Origin: Hemiscyllium ocellatum | Lineage: Eukaryota | Reading direction: 5' to 3' | DNA length: 64,000 nucleotides | NCBI RefSeq assembly: GCF_020745735.1 | Contig: NC_083430.1 | Coordinates: forward strand, 36,570,909 to 36,634,908 | In this document: positions 47,349 to 59,789 of the stretch, piece by piece | Layout of the letters: each line of letters starts with the position of its first letter | How positions within the stretch are numbered: position 1 is the stretch's first letter | Program-made: the position numbers and the translations under genes | Notes under the pieces: model-generated | Told to the model about the DNA's origin: nothing | Database searches by the model: none | What the model saw: the letters and a program-made list of their open reading frames with translations, nothing else

Positions 47349-47961
47349 CTGTGGAAAGGAATAGAAGATTGATTAAATATTTGAAGATTTTATCCTGAAA
47401 TGTAAAGGAAATTTTACATAATAAGCAATAAATCTAATAATGCACTTAGAACAAAATATCAGCTTGTTTTCTGACTTACATCCGATCTCTGTCTCCAGTT
47501 TTATGAAAGACATTTTATATGTTTAACAGATTTCTTGCAGAGGTAGTTAGCAGTATCAGGAGTGGGAAGATGGAAACATAAATATTAAGCACAATCAGCT
47601 TCCTGAAAAGCTTCATTGGTTGACTCTGTTTGATACTAAATCATATCTGGATGAGGGGAGATTCTAACTGTGAAAACTGTATGGAATTATTTGCTCTGGG
47701 TTTGGGCAATGATTGTGGGTTAGAATTACACTTCACATTCCAGGGTCAGAGCTGGATTGTTTTACTCATGCCTGTGTAATGGGACTCAGGTAAAAATGCT
47801 ACTCCCTAAGCCACCTCTAATATTGTGATGAACCACCTGGATGTCAGCAATGGGCTCTGGTATGGAATCCATATGCAACTTGTAACTATGTCCTAAATGG
47901 AAATGTGCCTCAGTGAGCAGAACATCATAGCAGTGGATCTATTTGGGGAAGCGTCTCTTAC

Positions 47962-48195
47962 CACAAGAAAGGTAGCAATTCCAGGTTCCTCCATGAATTG
48001 AATTGCATTTTCTATTAGTTTAGACGATGTCTCTAGATGTTCTTTGTGTTGCCTGATCAGATCCTTGATGAATGTTACTCTGTCCTCTTGTTCTTTTGTA
48101 ATTGATTGAAGCATATCATCTTTCCTTTGCTCCAGAATAGTGTATAACTTGTCAAACTGTTCCATGAGCTTGTGTTTCTGGTGTTTGCTGTTCTC
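47962..48195 (-). CDS. TRIM63: TRIM63 exon 5, coiled coil (ENSKHQKHKLMEQFDKLYTILEQRK...MEEPGIATFLV)
   Basis: tttctttcctcag| ... GTG|gtaaga; 234 nt. Confidence 0.95.
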
Positions 48196-48787
48196 CTGAG
48201 GAAAGAAAAACCTTCAGCGTATGGTACAAAGTAGATGCAGTCCGGCAGATGTCACTAGTTTCACTGAAAGGTTAACACAGACCTTCACTTGTACTGAGAG
48301 ACAGCCAGCCCTGGTTAGATTGTACATAGTGTGGGAATACTTCATTGAATCTACTGATTAATCAGTTATCTATGATGGAGCATAGGCACAGGATTTTCTC
48401 CTTAAGCATACAGACAATTGTCACAGTTTAAGGACACTGAATGGGCCATTTAAGACTAAGACAAAGGGAAATTTCTTCCAGACGCTGGTGAGCTTATGGA
48501 ATTCTTGGCCACTGAAAATGGTTGAGGCCAAAATATTGAATGTTTTCAATGAGGAATTAGACATAATTCTTCAGGCTAAGTGAGCAAAGGGTATGGATAA
48601 AAAAAGGGAAAAGGATTCTGAGTTGGATGATCAGCCATGATAATATTGAATGGTGGAGCAGGCTCGATGGACTGAATGGCCTGTCCCACTTATATTTTCT
48701 ATATTTAGATGTTTCCGTTGCTTCACCACAATGTTGCTCATAATGGTGAAGGCAAAAAGCCAATTAATGTCCAGTCTGTAACCATCG

Positions 48788-49022
48788 GGTAAAAAATGAG
48801 GTCTGCAGATGCTGGAGATCACAGCTGAAAATGTGTTGCTGGTTAAAGCACAGCAGGTTAGGCAGCATCCAAGGAATAGGAAATTTGACGTTTCGGGCAT
48901 AAGCCCTTCATCAGGAATGAGGAGAGTGTGCCAAGCAGGCTTATGCCCGAAACGTCGAATTTCCTATTCCTTGGATGCTGCCTAACCTGCTGTGCTTTAA
49001 CCAGTAACACATTTTCAACTCA
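48788..49022. mobile_element. Young fold-back PLE-terminus mini-element with 15-bp TSD
   Basis: TSD agtctgtaaccatcg at 48773-48787 and 49023-49037. Minus-strand core CTGATGA-AGGGC-TTAT-GCCC-GAAAC-GTC at ~48888-48914. Confidence 0.9.
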
Positions 49023-49962
49023 AGTCTGTAACCATCGCCTTCCAAATTGAGAGAGGCATGGAAATAACTGCACAGACGCTAGTACCCTGTCACCAGTGCA
49101 TAGTACACTGGCTGCAGCCAGCAAGCTTAGAACCAGTCTCCCAAGCTGAGGAGATTCTAATCTCCTGGTTACTTTTTTTCTCCTGGTTATATTTCTTTTT
49201 CCAAGGAGATTGTAATATTGGTCAGCCAGGACTTTCCTGATTGGCCCAGATTAACAATCCCAATCAAATGACCCACATAGTCAACCAGATTAACCTGGTT
49301 CCAATCACTAAACACTAGTGGAATGCTTCTCTGTTATTCAGTTTCAAACAAATTATCATTGTCAGTTCATTTTAACTTTCAGTTCGGTGCCTAACCTAAT
49401 CTTATTCAATTTTACTTTCCTTTTGAATGAATAAATTGTCTCAGCATTGCTTGCTGTGAGTAGAATTCAGTTCCTTACAATCTCCTTTTCTACTCCCTGT
49501 TATCACTACCATTTATTTAGCACCTTTTAAAATAGTAAAACATCACAAAGTGCTTTACCAATTGCTGGTAAAGCACAACATTTGAAATGGTATTTAAACA
49601 TGTGGTCAAAAGCATAGTAAAAGCAGTACGTTTTGAGCTGTCTTTTAAAGCTAGAGAGATATATGGAGGGATTTTCAGTTTTTAATCCTTCCCGAGTGAA
49701 GAATCATATCAACTTTGTTTCATTTACTCAGCCCTCTAAAATAGTCTTGAAAGAATACACACTGAATACTCAAGCAAAATATTCCTGGGACATTTTTAAA
49801 ACTGGTTAGTTTTACACGAGCTATCTTAGAAGCAATGTAAGGAACACCACACACTGTCATTAGGATTGATGAAATTAGCCATCCCCACAAATGTGAAGGA
49901 AGAATGCAGGCAATCTATTTAAGAGACCCACTGCTCAGAATTCTCTGTCAGTTATACCATAC

Positions 49963-50058
49963 CTCAATGCTTTTGCAGGTCTCTTCCAACTGGTCGACAA
50001 TGACTTGGACTCTGTCATTGCCAGCCATGAGCATGGCAATTCGATCAGTCAGTTCTGT
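49963..50058 (-). CDS. TRIM63: TRIM63 exon 4 ([32 protein letters not shown])
   Basis: gcttccatag| ... GAG|gtatgg; 96 nt; AGNDRVQ motif. Confidence 0.95.
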
Positions 50059-50286
50059 CTATGGAAGCACAGAAGAACAGACACGTAAGAAGAACTGACA
50101 GCTTTAAAAAAAATTGCTATTGTGTAACAAGTAGAGTAGTGTTTGAAACTGGAAATCAATTCGATTCTTAGAGTGTTTCTGCAAATGGTAAAAGCTGGTC
50201 AGGTTTCACTACACCTTAGGAGTACCAATATGGGTCCCAAAGCAGAAAGCATCAGGTACTTGTTTAGAAGGTGTGAATATAGCCAC

Positions 50287-50630
50287 TTAGAGTCATGGAG
50301 GTGTGCAGCACGGAAAGAGACCCTTTGTTCCAACACGTCCATGCCAACCAGATATCCTAACCTTTTAGCTTTGACCAAAGGTCAGTTAGACTCAAAACGT
50401 CAGCACTTTTCTCTCCTTACAGATGCTGTCAGACCTGCTGAGATTTTCCAGCATTTTCTCTTTTGGTTTCAAATTCCAGCATCCCTAGTAATTTGCTTTT
50501 ATCCTAACCTAATCTAGTCTCATTTGCCAGCATTTGGCCCATAAACCCTTCCTATTCATATACCCATCCAGATGCCTTTTAAATGCTGTATTTGTACCAG
50601 CCTCCACCACTTCCTCTGGCAGCTCATTCC
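50287..50630 (-). mobile_element. CR1 3'-end fragment interrupted by a PLE terminus (50364-50499)
   Basis: CR1 3' UTR sequence is split by an insert flanked by TSD tatcctaacct (50353-50363 and 50500-50510). Confidence 0.8.
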
Positions 50631-51895
50631 TTCCAACTCAAAAAAAGTTAACAATAACTATCGATGACATACTAACTCACGATGGCCATGATTCAGTGAG
50701 TAGCAGACTGATCCCCTGAGTTACAGGTTCCAACTCTGTTCTAGGCAACTGAGCAAATAAAATCTATTCTGACATTCCAGTGCAGTACTAACAGAGTGCT
50801 GCATAGTCAGAGGTGCTGTCCCCCAGATGTGGCTGAAGTCCTGCCATTGTCTCAAGCAGTCCAGTGATAAAGAACAGCAGAGTAGTTGGCCTCAATGTTC
50901 TTGGTTACTATTGGTCAATCTACATGAACAAAAACATTATTTGGTCTTTATCATATGTTTGTTTCTGAGAACTTACTAATGAGTAAGTTGTTGTATTTCC
51001 TGTGATACAACAGTGACTGCACTTGATAATTATGGACTTTTTGGAACACACATTGGGATATTCTGACGTTATGAAAGCTGCCATAGAAATGCAAGTGACT
51101 GTACAAGTCCTTCCTGACCCAGGGATTCAGAGCAATTAAAGGACAGACAAGTTGGGGCAAAAATAATACCAATCCTGTTCATAATAAAATTTAACAAGAA
51201 ACTTTTTTCTCTTTATTTCAGATAGTAAGATGCCTCTTGCTTATAGAAGTAATGTACAGTCTGAATAACTAAATGATAAGTTAGCATTTTGAAAATTTTA
51301 TGGCATAGGATTTTGACAATTGTGCTACATTCCTGAACTGAGCCCAGAAGTGAAATCAACAGACAATTCCTCTTTGTAGGACAGATGAAGTTTATCCCCC
51401 AGAAGAAAAAAACAGTAACTATGGTGATGGAGACATTCTGGTCTAACCCATTCCTGTATACTTCAATGTAGAGGACTGGTGCAGCCAGTACATTCATTTC
51501 AAAGTATGGCTGGCTTTTTATTTGCACCCCGCCCCACGCATATATTGCAACTTTCCATTCTAAATCTGTCAGTGAATTAGCTGTTATGCCCCCCAGCGTG
51601 GGATGGTAGGAATACAGTTTGCTCACAGGCCAGGTCTGAGTTAGCTGAACTCAGCCACATGGTGGCAATACCAGTTGGTTTGTCTGCCCTACAGTTCAGG
51701 AGAGGGAAAATCAGACAAGTGTTCCTTCTCCTGAATATGATCTTTGAGTCCAGCTGGAAATTGGGTGTGTTTGGACAAGGTTGAATGCTTCTACAGTGAC
51801 CCTCAAACAAAAATAACTCTCTACCAGCATTTTGTCAGTCTTACAGAGGAAGTGTAGAGTCAGACAGCTGATCATATCTGCTACCCACAATGTAG

Positions 51896-53494
51896 AGAGT
51901 GTGGTGCTGGAAAAGCACAGCAGGTCAGGCAGCATCTGAGGAGCAGGAGAATTGACATTTCAGGCATAAGCCCTTCATCAGGAATGAGGCTTGTGGGCCA
52001 GAGGGGCTGAAAGATAAATGGGAGGGGGGTGGGATTGGGGGGAACGTACCTGAGAATGCGATAGGTAGGTGTAGGTGGGAGAAGGTGATAGGTTGGAGAG
52101 GAGGATGGAGCAGATAGATGGGAAAGGTAATGGACAGGTCAGGAGGGTGGTGCCGAGTTGGAGGCTTGGAACTGGGATAAGGTGGGGGAGGGGAAATGAC
52201 AAAACTGGTGAAATCCACATTGATGCTGTGTGGTTGCAGGGTCCCAAGGTTGAATATAAGGAGTTCTTCCTCCAGGCATCAGGTGTTGAGGGTTTTGCGA
52301 TAGAGGAGGCCTAGGACCTGCATGTCCTTGGCAGAGATGGAGGGGGAGTTGGAGTGTTCAGCCACAGGATGGTGGAGTTGGTTGATGCGGGTGTCCCAGA
52401 GATGTTCTTTGAAACGATCTGCAAGTTGGTGTCCTGTCTCCCTGATATAGAGACCACTTAGGGTGCAACAGATACATAGGTGACATTGGTGAACGTACAG
52501 GTAAATTTTGTTGGATGAGGAAGGATCCTTTGGGGCCTTGGATGGAGGTCGGGGGGAGGTGTGGGTGCAAGTTTTGCACTTCCTGCAGTGGCAGGGAAAG
52601 GTGCCGAAAGTGGGGTGAGGGCGGGTGAGAGGCATGGATCTGACGAGAGAGTCGCTGGGGGAATGGTCTCTCCAGAAAGCTGATAGGGACAGGGAGGGAA
52701 ATATATCTCTGGTGATAGGCTCTGTTTGTGGATGACGGAAGTGACGGATGATGCGATGTGTATGGAGGTTAGTGGGATGGAAGGTAAGGACCAGGGGGGT
52801 TCTGTCCTTGTTGTGGTTGGAGGGGTGGGGTTCAAGGGCGGAGGTTCAGGAAGTGGGGGAGATGCGCAGGAGAGCATCATTGACCATGTGGGAAGGGAAA
52901 TTGTTATCTTGGAAGAAGGAGGCCATCTGGGATTTCCAACGGTGGAATTTTTGTTTCAGAGAACATTCCTCTCATTTCAGAGAACATCTCTGGGAGACCC
53001 GTACCAACCAAATACCACCGCCCTGTTGCTGAACATTTCAACTCCCCCTCCCACTCTGCCAAAGACACGCAGATCCTGGGCCTCCTCCATCGCCAAACCC
53101 TTACCATCCGACACCTGGAGGAAGAATGCCTCATATCCCGCCTTGGGACTCTGCAATCACACAGGATCAATGTCATTTTCACCAGTTTCCTCATTTCAAC
53201 CACCATCCCCCCACATTATCCCAGTCTCAAACCTCCAACTCAGCACCGCCCTTTTGACCTGTCCATCACCTTTCCCATCTATCTCCCACCTTCATCAACC
53301 TATTGCATTCTCAGCTACCTTACCCTCAACCCCACCCCCCTCCCATTTTTATCTCAGCCTCCCGGCCCACTGATGGAAGGGCTTATCCCTGAAACGTCGA
53401 TACTCCTGCTCCTCGGATGCTGCCTGACCTGCTGTGTTTTTCCAGCACCACACTCATGACTCTGATATCCACCATCTGCAGTCCTTACTTTCTC
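51896..53494. mobile_element. 1.6-kb fold-back Penelope-like element (second family) with GIY-YIG remnants
   Basis: The left arm (minus) ORF 52279..52635 reads GTFPCHCRKCKTC...LYIRETG...DRFKEHL...PVAEH. The right arm 52976-53494 is its inverted copy. Hammerhead-like cores sit near both ends. TSD ctac(c/t)cacaatg(t/c)ag at 51881-51895 and 53495-53509. Confidence 0.88.
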
Positions 53495-54187
53495 CTACTC
53501 ACAATGCAGCTATGAATAACACTTTCATCCAATTTAAGGAGACCAACGCATGGTTTAAAAAGCACAATGCAACTTAAATTTCTCCAAGTGAGCAGACAGA
53601 CAAGCTGAAATGTGGGAAACCATAGCTCAGAAGAATTCCCTCCTCCTTCCCTCCACCCAAGGCCAGCTGTCACACTGCAACACTCTTGTGCTAAAATTAG
53701 CCAGAGCGTCAAGAGGGTTTACGCACAAGGTTATGTTAACCCCTCATTGCCCAGGCATTTTTAATTGCTGCTTTATTCTTGTCGATCATAACAGGTTTAT
53801 AGGATATTTGTATGTCATTGAACCAAAAGCTCCAGACAGGTTTCCTGTCATGTTGTATTACATTCCTCAATTTTTCCTAAATTCCCTTCTCTTTGCTGTC
53901 ATGTTACAGATTCATAACGACATAGAATGAGGTCACTTGGCTCCTCAGGTATATGCTTTTACATCATTTTATTCCAATAGTTGGTGATCAGAGTTAAATG
54001 TCTGGTCTAACGAAAGCTCTATGCATGTTTTAAGATTATATCTCTGTATTGGACTACCATAAAAATGAATCCAAGTGCTTTGATTGTACTTTTTAAAGGA
54101 ATAGTTCATGTGCCATGTCAGTTTTAATAATTTTCAAAGATTTGACACACGTCTGCCCCTCCTTTCTCTTCCTAAACTATTCCTCAC

Positions 54188-54356
54188 CTTTTGCTGTTGA
54201 AATACATTCTGTAGAGGGGCCACCTCACAGTCCTTGTGAGCTCCAAAGACCTTGCACATTGAGCAGGTGGGAACTTGGCAAGAGATGCAGTAAATGTTGA
54301 TCTTTTCATCTTCATGCTCTTCACACATGGGCTGGTTACCTTTCTTCAAGGGTTTG
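54188..54356 (-). CDS. TRIM63: TRIM63 exon 3, B-box 2 ([56 protein letters not shown])
   Basis: gacatacag| ... AAG|gtgagg; 169 nt; intact B-box Cys/His. Confidence 0.96.
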
Positions 54357-55718
54357 CTGTATGTCAACGGAATAGATATATGTTCATCAGTATGTTGTTA
54401 ATCATAAGGAAGTATTGCAGGAGTGATGTGAATTACACAGAGAGTTTGCAGCTCAGAAACAGGCTCTTTGCCCTTTCTAGCTGATGGTGGTGTTTATTTT
54501 CCGCATGAGCCTTTTCTCACCCCTATTAATTTCAACCAATGACAGTAACCTAATACTTCCTCTCTCTTGTCCTTATCTATCGTATCTTTAAATGTATCAA
54601 AACAGAAATTGCTGGTGACACACAGCAGATCTGTAGGCAGTAAAAAGACAAGTATCTGCACCAAAAAATGTTCTATTTCTAACAGATGTTGATGAATTTA
54701 TTGTGCTTTTCCAGAATTTGCTATTTGCATTTCAGATTTCCAATACTCAGGACTATTTGTCTTCAATCCCCCCAGAGTGATTGTGCCTTTTTTTTGGTCA
54801 TATAAACTGACACTATTTTGGTACCTGTGCACACTGCAGCTAGCAAATGCATGATACGTTTGACATAATTAATACAAGATAGAGGAATAGACATTAGTAC
54901 CACGATTGAAAAGCGTATGTTTTTGAGGAGTTATTGATAAATATGGGTGGACATGTTCAGGGGCTGTGGGGGAGAAAGGAAGCTTGAAGACAGCAGGATT
55001 AAGAAGTAAGCATCTGCACCAAGTGAGACGTATGTAATGTGATATAGAGGGCAGGTGGGGATGTGGTGGGGAAAGCACAATAACCAGCGGACCCAGATTG
55101 GAAAAGCAGTACGAGGTTTGGATACAAGACTGGGAGAAGTTGCAGAGTTTTAAAAACTTATTCCCAGACAGTTGGCATTGCTGGAAAGATTGTCCTTTGT
55201 TATCCATCCTCTATTTGGTCTTAAAAAGGTGATGGTAATCATCATCTTTAACAGCTGTAGTCTGTGATGAAAGTCCTCTCACAGTACTGTTCTATGACTT
55301 TGATTCACTGATGATTAAGGAATTGTGATATTTGTCCAAGTCACAGTAAAATGGACTCAGGGCTCTTGCAGGCGATGGTATTTCCATGTTGCTGCTGCCT
55401 TTGTCCTTCTGGTGATGGGTTACTGAAATGAAAGTTCTATCTTGATTATGCCAACTCTTCCCTAACACTGGTGACAAAGGCCAATCATTGGATGGTATTT
55501 AAAAAACGGTCATAATTCTTTAAAATTATTTATTCTGGCTGCAGCTACATTTCAGAGCTGCTCATTGTTCATAAAGTTAAATCACTCATCATTAGATTTT
55601 TAAAAATGCTATTTGCTTTATGTCATAACATTCTGATATTTTTATGTAGCTCATTTCGTTAATGGCCAGGCATTTTTTTAAAGGCACAGCTCAGCAAAGT
55701 TGGGTAGTTACTGACCAA

Positions 55719-55760
55719 CTATTTTTAAACATTGAGGAACAGCTGGGCTAAATAAAATTT
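55719..55760. promoter_or_regulatory. Candidate intronic muscle enhancer (MEF2 site plus myogenic E-box)
   Basis: CTATTTTTAA (MEF2 consensus YTAWWWWTAR) at 55719-55728 and AACAGCTG at 55738-55745, followed by an A/T-rich MEF2-like ctaaataaaa. Confidence 0.4.
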
Positions 55761-57093
55761 GTGTCATCGTTACCACTTGAAACCTTGCCCAGATGACCTT
55801 GAGAATATGAATACAGTGGGAAGTCACTGTATCTTAACATGGGGAGTGAAAAGAAAATTCTTTAGATATTGTATGATCTAATTTTCATCTGAATTATAAC
55901 CCTCTGGTTAATGACCTGCTTCTTTTCCACCAGTAGAATATGAAATTGAAAAATAACTTTCCTTTATTCTATATCTTATCCCACCCTCAGGCATTTCCCC
56001 AGTGATTGAGATACAATTCATTGCTTTTGAACACAGGTCACTGTTGGTCCACAGGCTAATTAATTTAGTGCACCCTTTACAGACTCAAAAAATATTTCAA
56101 TTTGAAGATGACATTTTATATAGCTGCAAATTTACTTTATCCTAATCTACACTCAAAAAATTGAGAAAAGCTTGAAGATCTTAATCTATGAAATCAGCAT
56201 CTATCACACATTAAAAATCTTACTTCTGCTCCACATATTGTGAACGTTTTCTATTCCTACACTCAGGTTTATAATGCTTATTAAAATTTGAGCATGCCTG
56301 TATTAAAATTTGTCACATTGTAATTACACCCTCCTACCAGTGAAGGCACTGTAATATTACCCCAAATTGAAGTATGTTGTGACAAAGAATTTTACAGTTC
56401 AGAAATCCATGTTGGCATTTACACTCCATGCAGGCTTTCTCCCACCTAGTTTATTCTCACCATGTCAACAGATCTTTTTATTAATTTCTTCCTCTTGTGT
56501 TTATCTAGCTTCCTCTTAGAACCATCTATAATAATCATCTTCAGCCACTCTATATGGTAGCAAGTTTCACTGAATAAAGAAACTGTTCCTGCATTCTTTA
56601 TCAGTTTGATTAATTATGCCTTATTTTTATAACCCTCTTAGTTTTGGATTCCTTTACAGATGGAAACATCTCAATATCTGCTCCATCTAGCGCCTTCATA
56701 ATCTTCAATGTGAGTTGTTCACATGGGCAAGTTCCGTTATAAAAAGAAACGTATGACTTTGTAACAGAACTGCAAAAATAAACACAATATATAACAAACT
56801 AGGCTGGCATTACATCTTTGGACTCAGTCTAATTGTCCCTAAACATTATCCCCTCTTCAACTGAAGATTACAAGGTTTGGACTCTTGACATGTTCACATG
56901 ACACAATGCAGTAAATTCCAGCAAACACCTCCAGGAGGCATCTTTGCGACCATTGCATGAGATGTGTTATAATAATCATCTTCCCCGCCCAGCAATGGGT
57001 TTCCATCTTTCCCCCTCTCACTCAGCTGTATCTCTGACCCCTGCCTCTAATAACAAACTTGATGCAGAAGGAGAAATGGTTCCCCAGGCTAAC

Positions 57094-57260
57094 CTGATGC
57101 CCTCCTCCTTGTAGATATCAATGATGTTCTCCACCAGCAGGTTCCGCTGCAGTCCATATACCCCATGACGGTCCAGGATAACTTCATGTCGACAGGTTGG
57201 GCACCTAAATCTACCTCCAGAAATCATGGTACCTCGACCCTGCCAATATGGATTAGCAGC
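57094..57260 (-). CDS. TRIM63: TRIM63 exon 2, RING C-terminus and MFC domain ([55 protein letters not shown])
   Basis: ctttttttag| ... AG|gttagc; 167 nt; MuRF family conserved motif. Confidence 0.96.
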
Positions 57261-58137
57261 CTAAAAAAAGCACACACATACGTGAATCTACAAAATCACA
57301 AGCTCACACATTAGCACCATAGAAAACTGACTGTAATATTATACCTACTCATCATTTTTAAAAATAATGTCAAATGATGTCTTCTTAAAGTTTCTGCTTT
57401 AAAAAAATTTATTCAGTTAAAAGTTTATTAAATTTTATATTAAAGTGGTCGCCCTCAGCCTGAACGATCATTCCTATATTATATCAGTTACTTTATTTGA
57501 AATATATACTTAATTAATTATAAGATTCTTTGGGGTTGTGAACAGTGTTAAAGAATTGAAATTCTGCTTTGCTTCACATCTTTCTGTTTTGAGCACCTTT
57601 TGTGCAGAGGGCACTTGGTTCAGGTTCATTTTCATGTTTAGTCTAGCTGGTCTCGAGCTTCAGTTCAGTTGTTGCAACTGGTTTCAGTGGCCCTGGGCTG
57701 AGGAAAGGGGAAGAAATTAAACTGGGGCTCCCACTGGAATTTGCTCATGCATAGGCATCAGTACATGGCAGACCTAAATTTGGTAAGTGTACTTTCGAGT
57801 GTCAAACAGCCAGTTGACCTTCATTGTCAAGATTGGTGTTGGTGAGGTATGGGAAAGCGGGATCAACAAGCAAAACTCCGACTTTTATTTGTATAGCACA
57901 CATATCAAGGTACAAACATTCCATGGCGTTTCATGGGGACCACACCAAACTATACTTGACACCAAGCCACTGATGGAGATATTACACCAATCAAGTTACT
58001 GTAACCCAGCAAAGGGGTCAGAGTTTTCCAAAGAAAGTTTGAGAGGAGTTAGGCATTTCCAAATATTACAGTCTCTGAAAGTTTGGAACACTGAAAAGAA
58101 ACCCCAGTTTGAATGGACCCAGCTTAATAACACTAAC

Positions 58138-58296
58138 CTGGAATACATCATTGGCACATTTTCTGCATAGATTGTGTTGGCAAGGCAGGATCACAACTGG
58201 CTTTTCAAACATTTCGAGACAAATTGGGCAGATCAGTTGCTTCTCCAGCGTCTCCATCGTACTGGGTTGTCGAATAATGTTCGGCTGGAAATCCAT
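58138..58296 (-). CDS. TRIM63: TRIM63/MuRF1 exon 1 coding part, RING N-terminus ([53 protein letters not shown])
   Basis: ATG at 58296, donor CAG|gttagt, 159 nt. Total CDS is 1050 nt (349 aa). The short acidic tail and adjacency to SLC30A2 favour TRIM63 over TRIM54/55. Confidence 0.93.
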
Positions 58297-58485
58297 CTCC
58301 AAATATAGTGCGCACCACTTAAAAACCTGCTGAGTTGCGTTGCCTTTTTCCTCTCCCTGTCGCTGTCGTTGCTTTCAGTCAAATTCCTTGTTAGTATCCT
58401 CTTCAGAAGAGATTCACTGGAGCTCAGGCGTTGTGATAAGATTACTCCTTGTTCCTTTTCTGTCTGTGCACGACAGCTCATGTCC

Positions 58486-58680
58486 TTTTTATAAAGGTTT
58501 CCAGTGTCACATGATAGCTGGGGTCGGGGAGGTGGGGGATGGGGGAACATAGTCCTCAACATAACTTCTCCCATATTAGAAACTTGCAACGTGAAACTGA
58601 GAACAAGCAGGACCTGGAGATGCAGTCACATGTGACACTCAGCAAAACAACTTACACAGAAATAATAAATAAAAATAAAG
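58486..58680 (-). promoter_or_regulatory. TRIM63 proximal promoter: TATA box, M-box/E-boxes, A/T-rich MEF2/forkhead-like element
   Basis: TATAAAAA (minus) at 58486-58493, TCATGTGAC (minus) at 58506-58514, palindrome GTCACATGTGAC at 58625-58636, and ataaataaaaataa at ~58665-58678. Confidence 0.7.
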
Positions 58681-59789
58681 TTGCTAAACATTTTACATAA
58701 CTGCCAATAGATCAAGGTGAGTAGAAAACATCTTGTCCAAAATGTCCAACAAAAACAATTTTGTTTTCATAGTGCATCAAGGGAATTTTGAAAGAGCTTT
58801 AACAGGACAATCATGTAGATAATCATGGACGCTGAGAGTGAGGGAGAAAGGCATCAGAAAGTTTGTGTAGGTGTTGGTTATCTGGAGACTGTTGAAAGCA
58901 GGAAGGGCGGTTGTGAAGAAATGCAATCTTTTGGGGATGGGGAAACTCTCAGAGCAGGGGGATGTGATAGTGAAAGAGTAGAATGTAGTGACTAGCAGCC
59001 AGGAGTGAAATGGAGAATTGGTCTAGGTGGGTTTGCCTTGTTTTAATGTTTCTAGTCGGTGCATCTAGAGTTATTGTCAATGTGGCTGATATTGAAGAAA
59101 ACACAAATCCTTTCCACTTATCAGTTGCAACGATTCTGCAGCTGTTGAATGTAAGATATGTAGTAAATTCTGGTCTTGTCAACAACACTGAAACCCAAGA
59201 CTTAATTTTGTAAAGACTAGTAGATCTAAGCCCTGGGGTTTCCTCTGAATATTTGCCCACTACCTGAAATGTGTTCATGACAATTTTGTGGCTTAAACAT
59301 TGGACATAAGTGGGTCATGAGCACAACTCGAATAATGTTCAGATTCTCATCAATCTTAGTAAACATCGAAACTGTCCAAACAGATGTCCACCCACAACAC
59401 TTGCAACACCCCACATGCTCCAACACTCAATCACAAGTAACTCAAATGTGTTTGTTCATAAGTCTCAGTAGGAAGTCTTGTGGCACGATCACAATCCTAG
59501 TCACTGAACCAGAATCACCAGGTTTCAGCTCTACTACACATTTTAATAGCCAATAAAGATATATTCATAATGTGGCAAACATGCTGAGTATCAACCAATA
59601 AATCCTTCTAATTGGTGCTAGTGGCTGGGTTTAAGTTGAGGAGGTGTTCCTGATCAGCCACGTGACAGAAAGAACATTGGACACCATACTGTCACAATTT
59701 ACCATTTCTGACTACAACATGCATTTAAATTTTTTTAGTTTCCTTGTGAGACATGGACATTGCTGGCTCACCAGTATTTATGATGGTGA

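Noticed and set aside
52726-53373. 215-aa ORF as a host gene
   Set aside because: It crosses the junction of the two PLE arms and is a chimera of antisense and out-of-frame element sequence.
41006-58296. Calling the TRIM gene TRIM54 or TRIM55
   Set aside because: The N-terminal length, short acidic tail with a tiny last exon and linkage to SLC30A2 match TRIM63.
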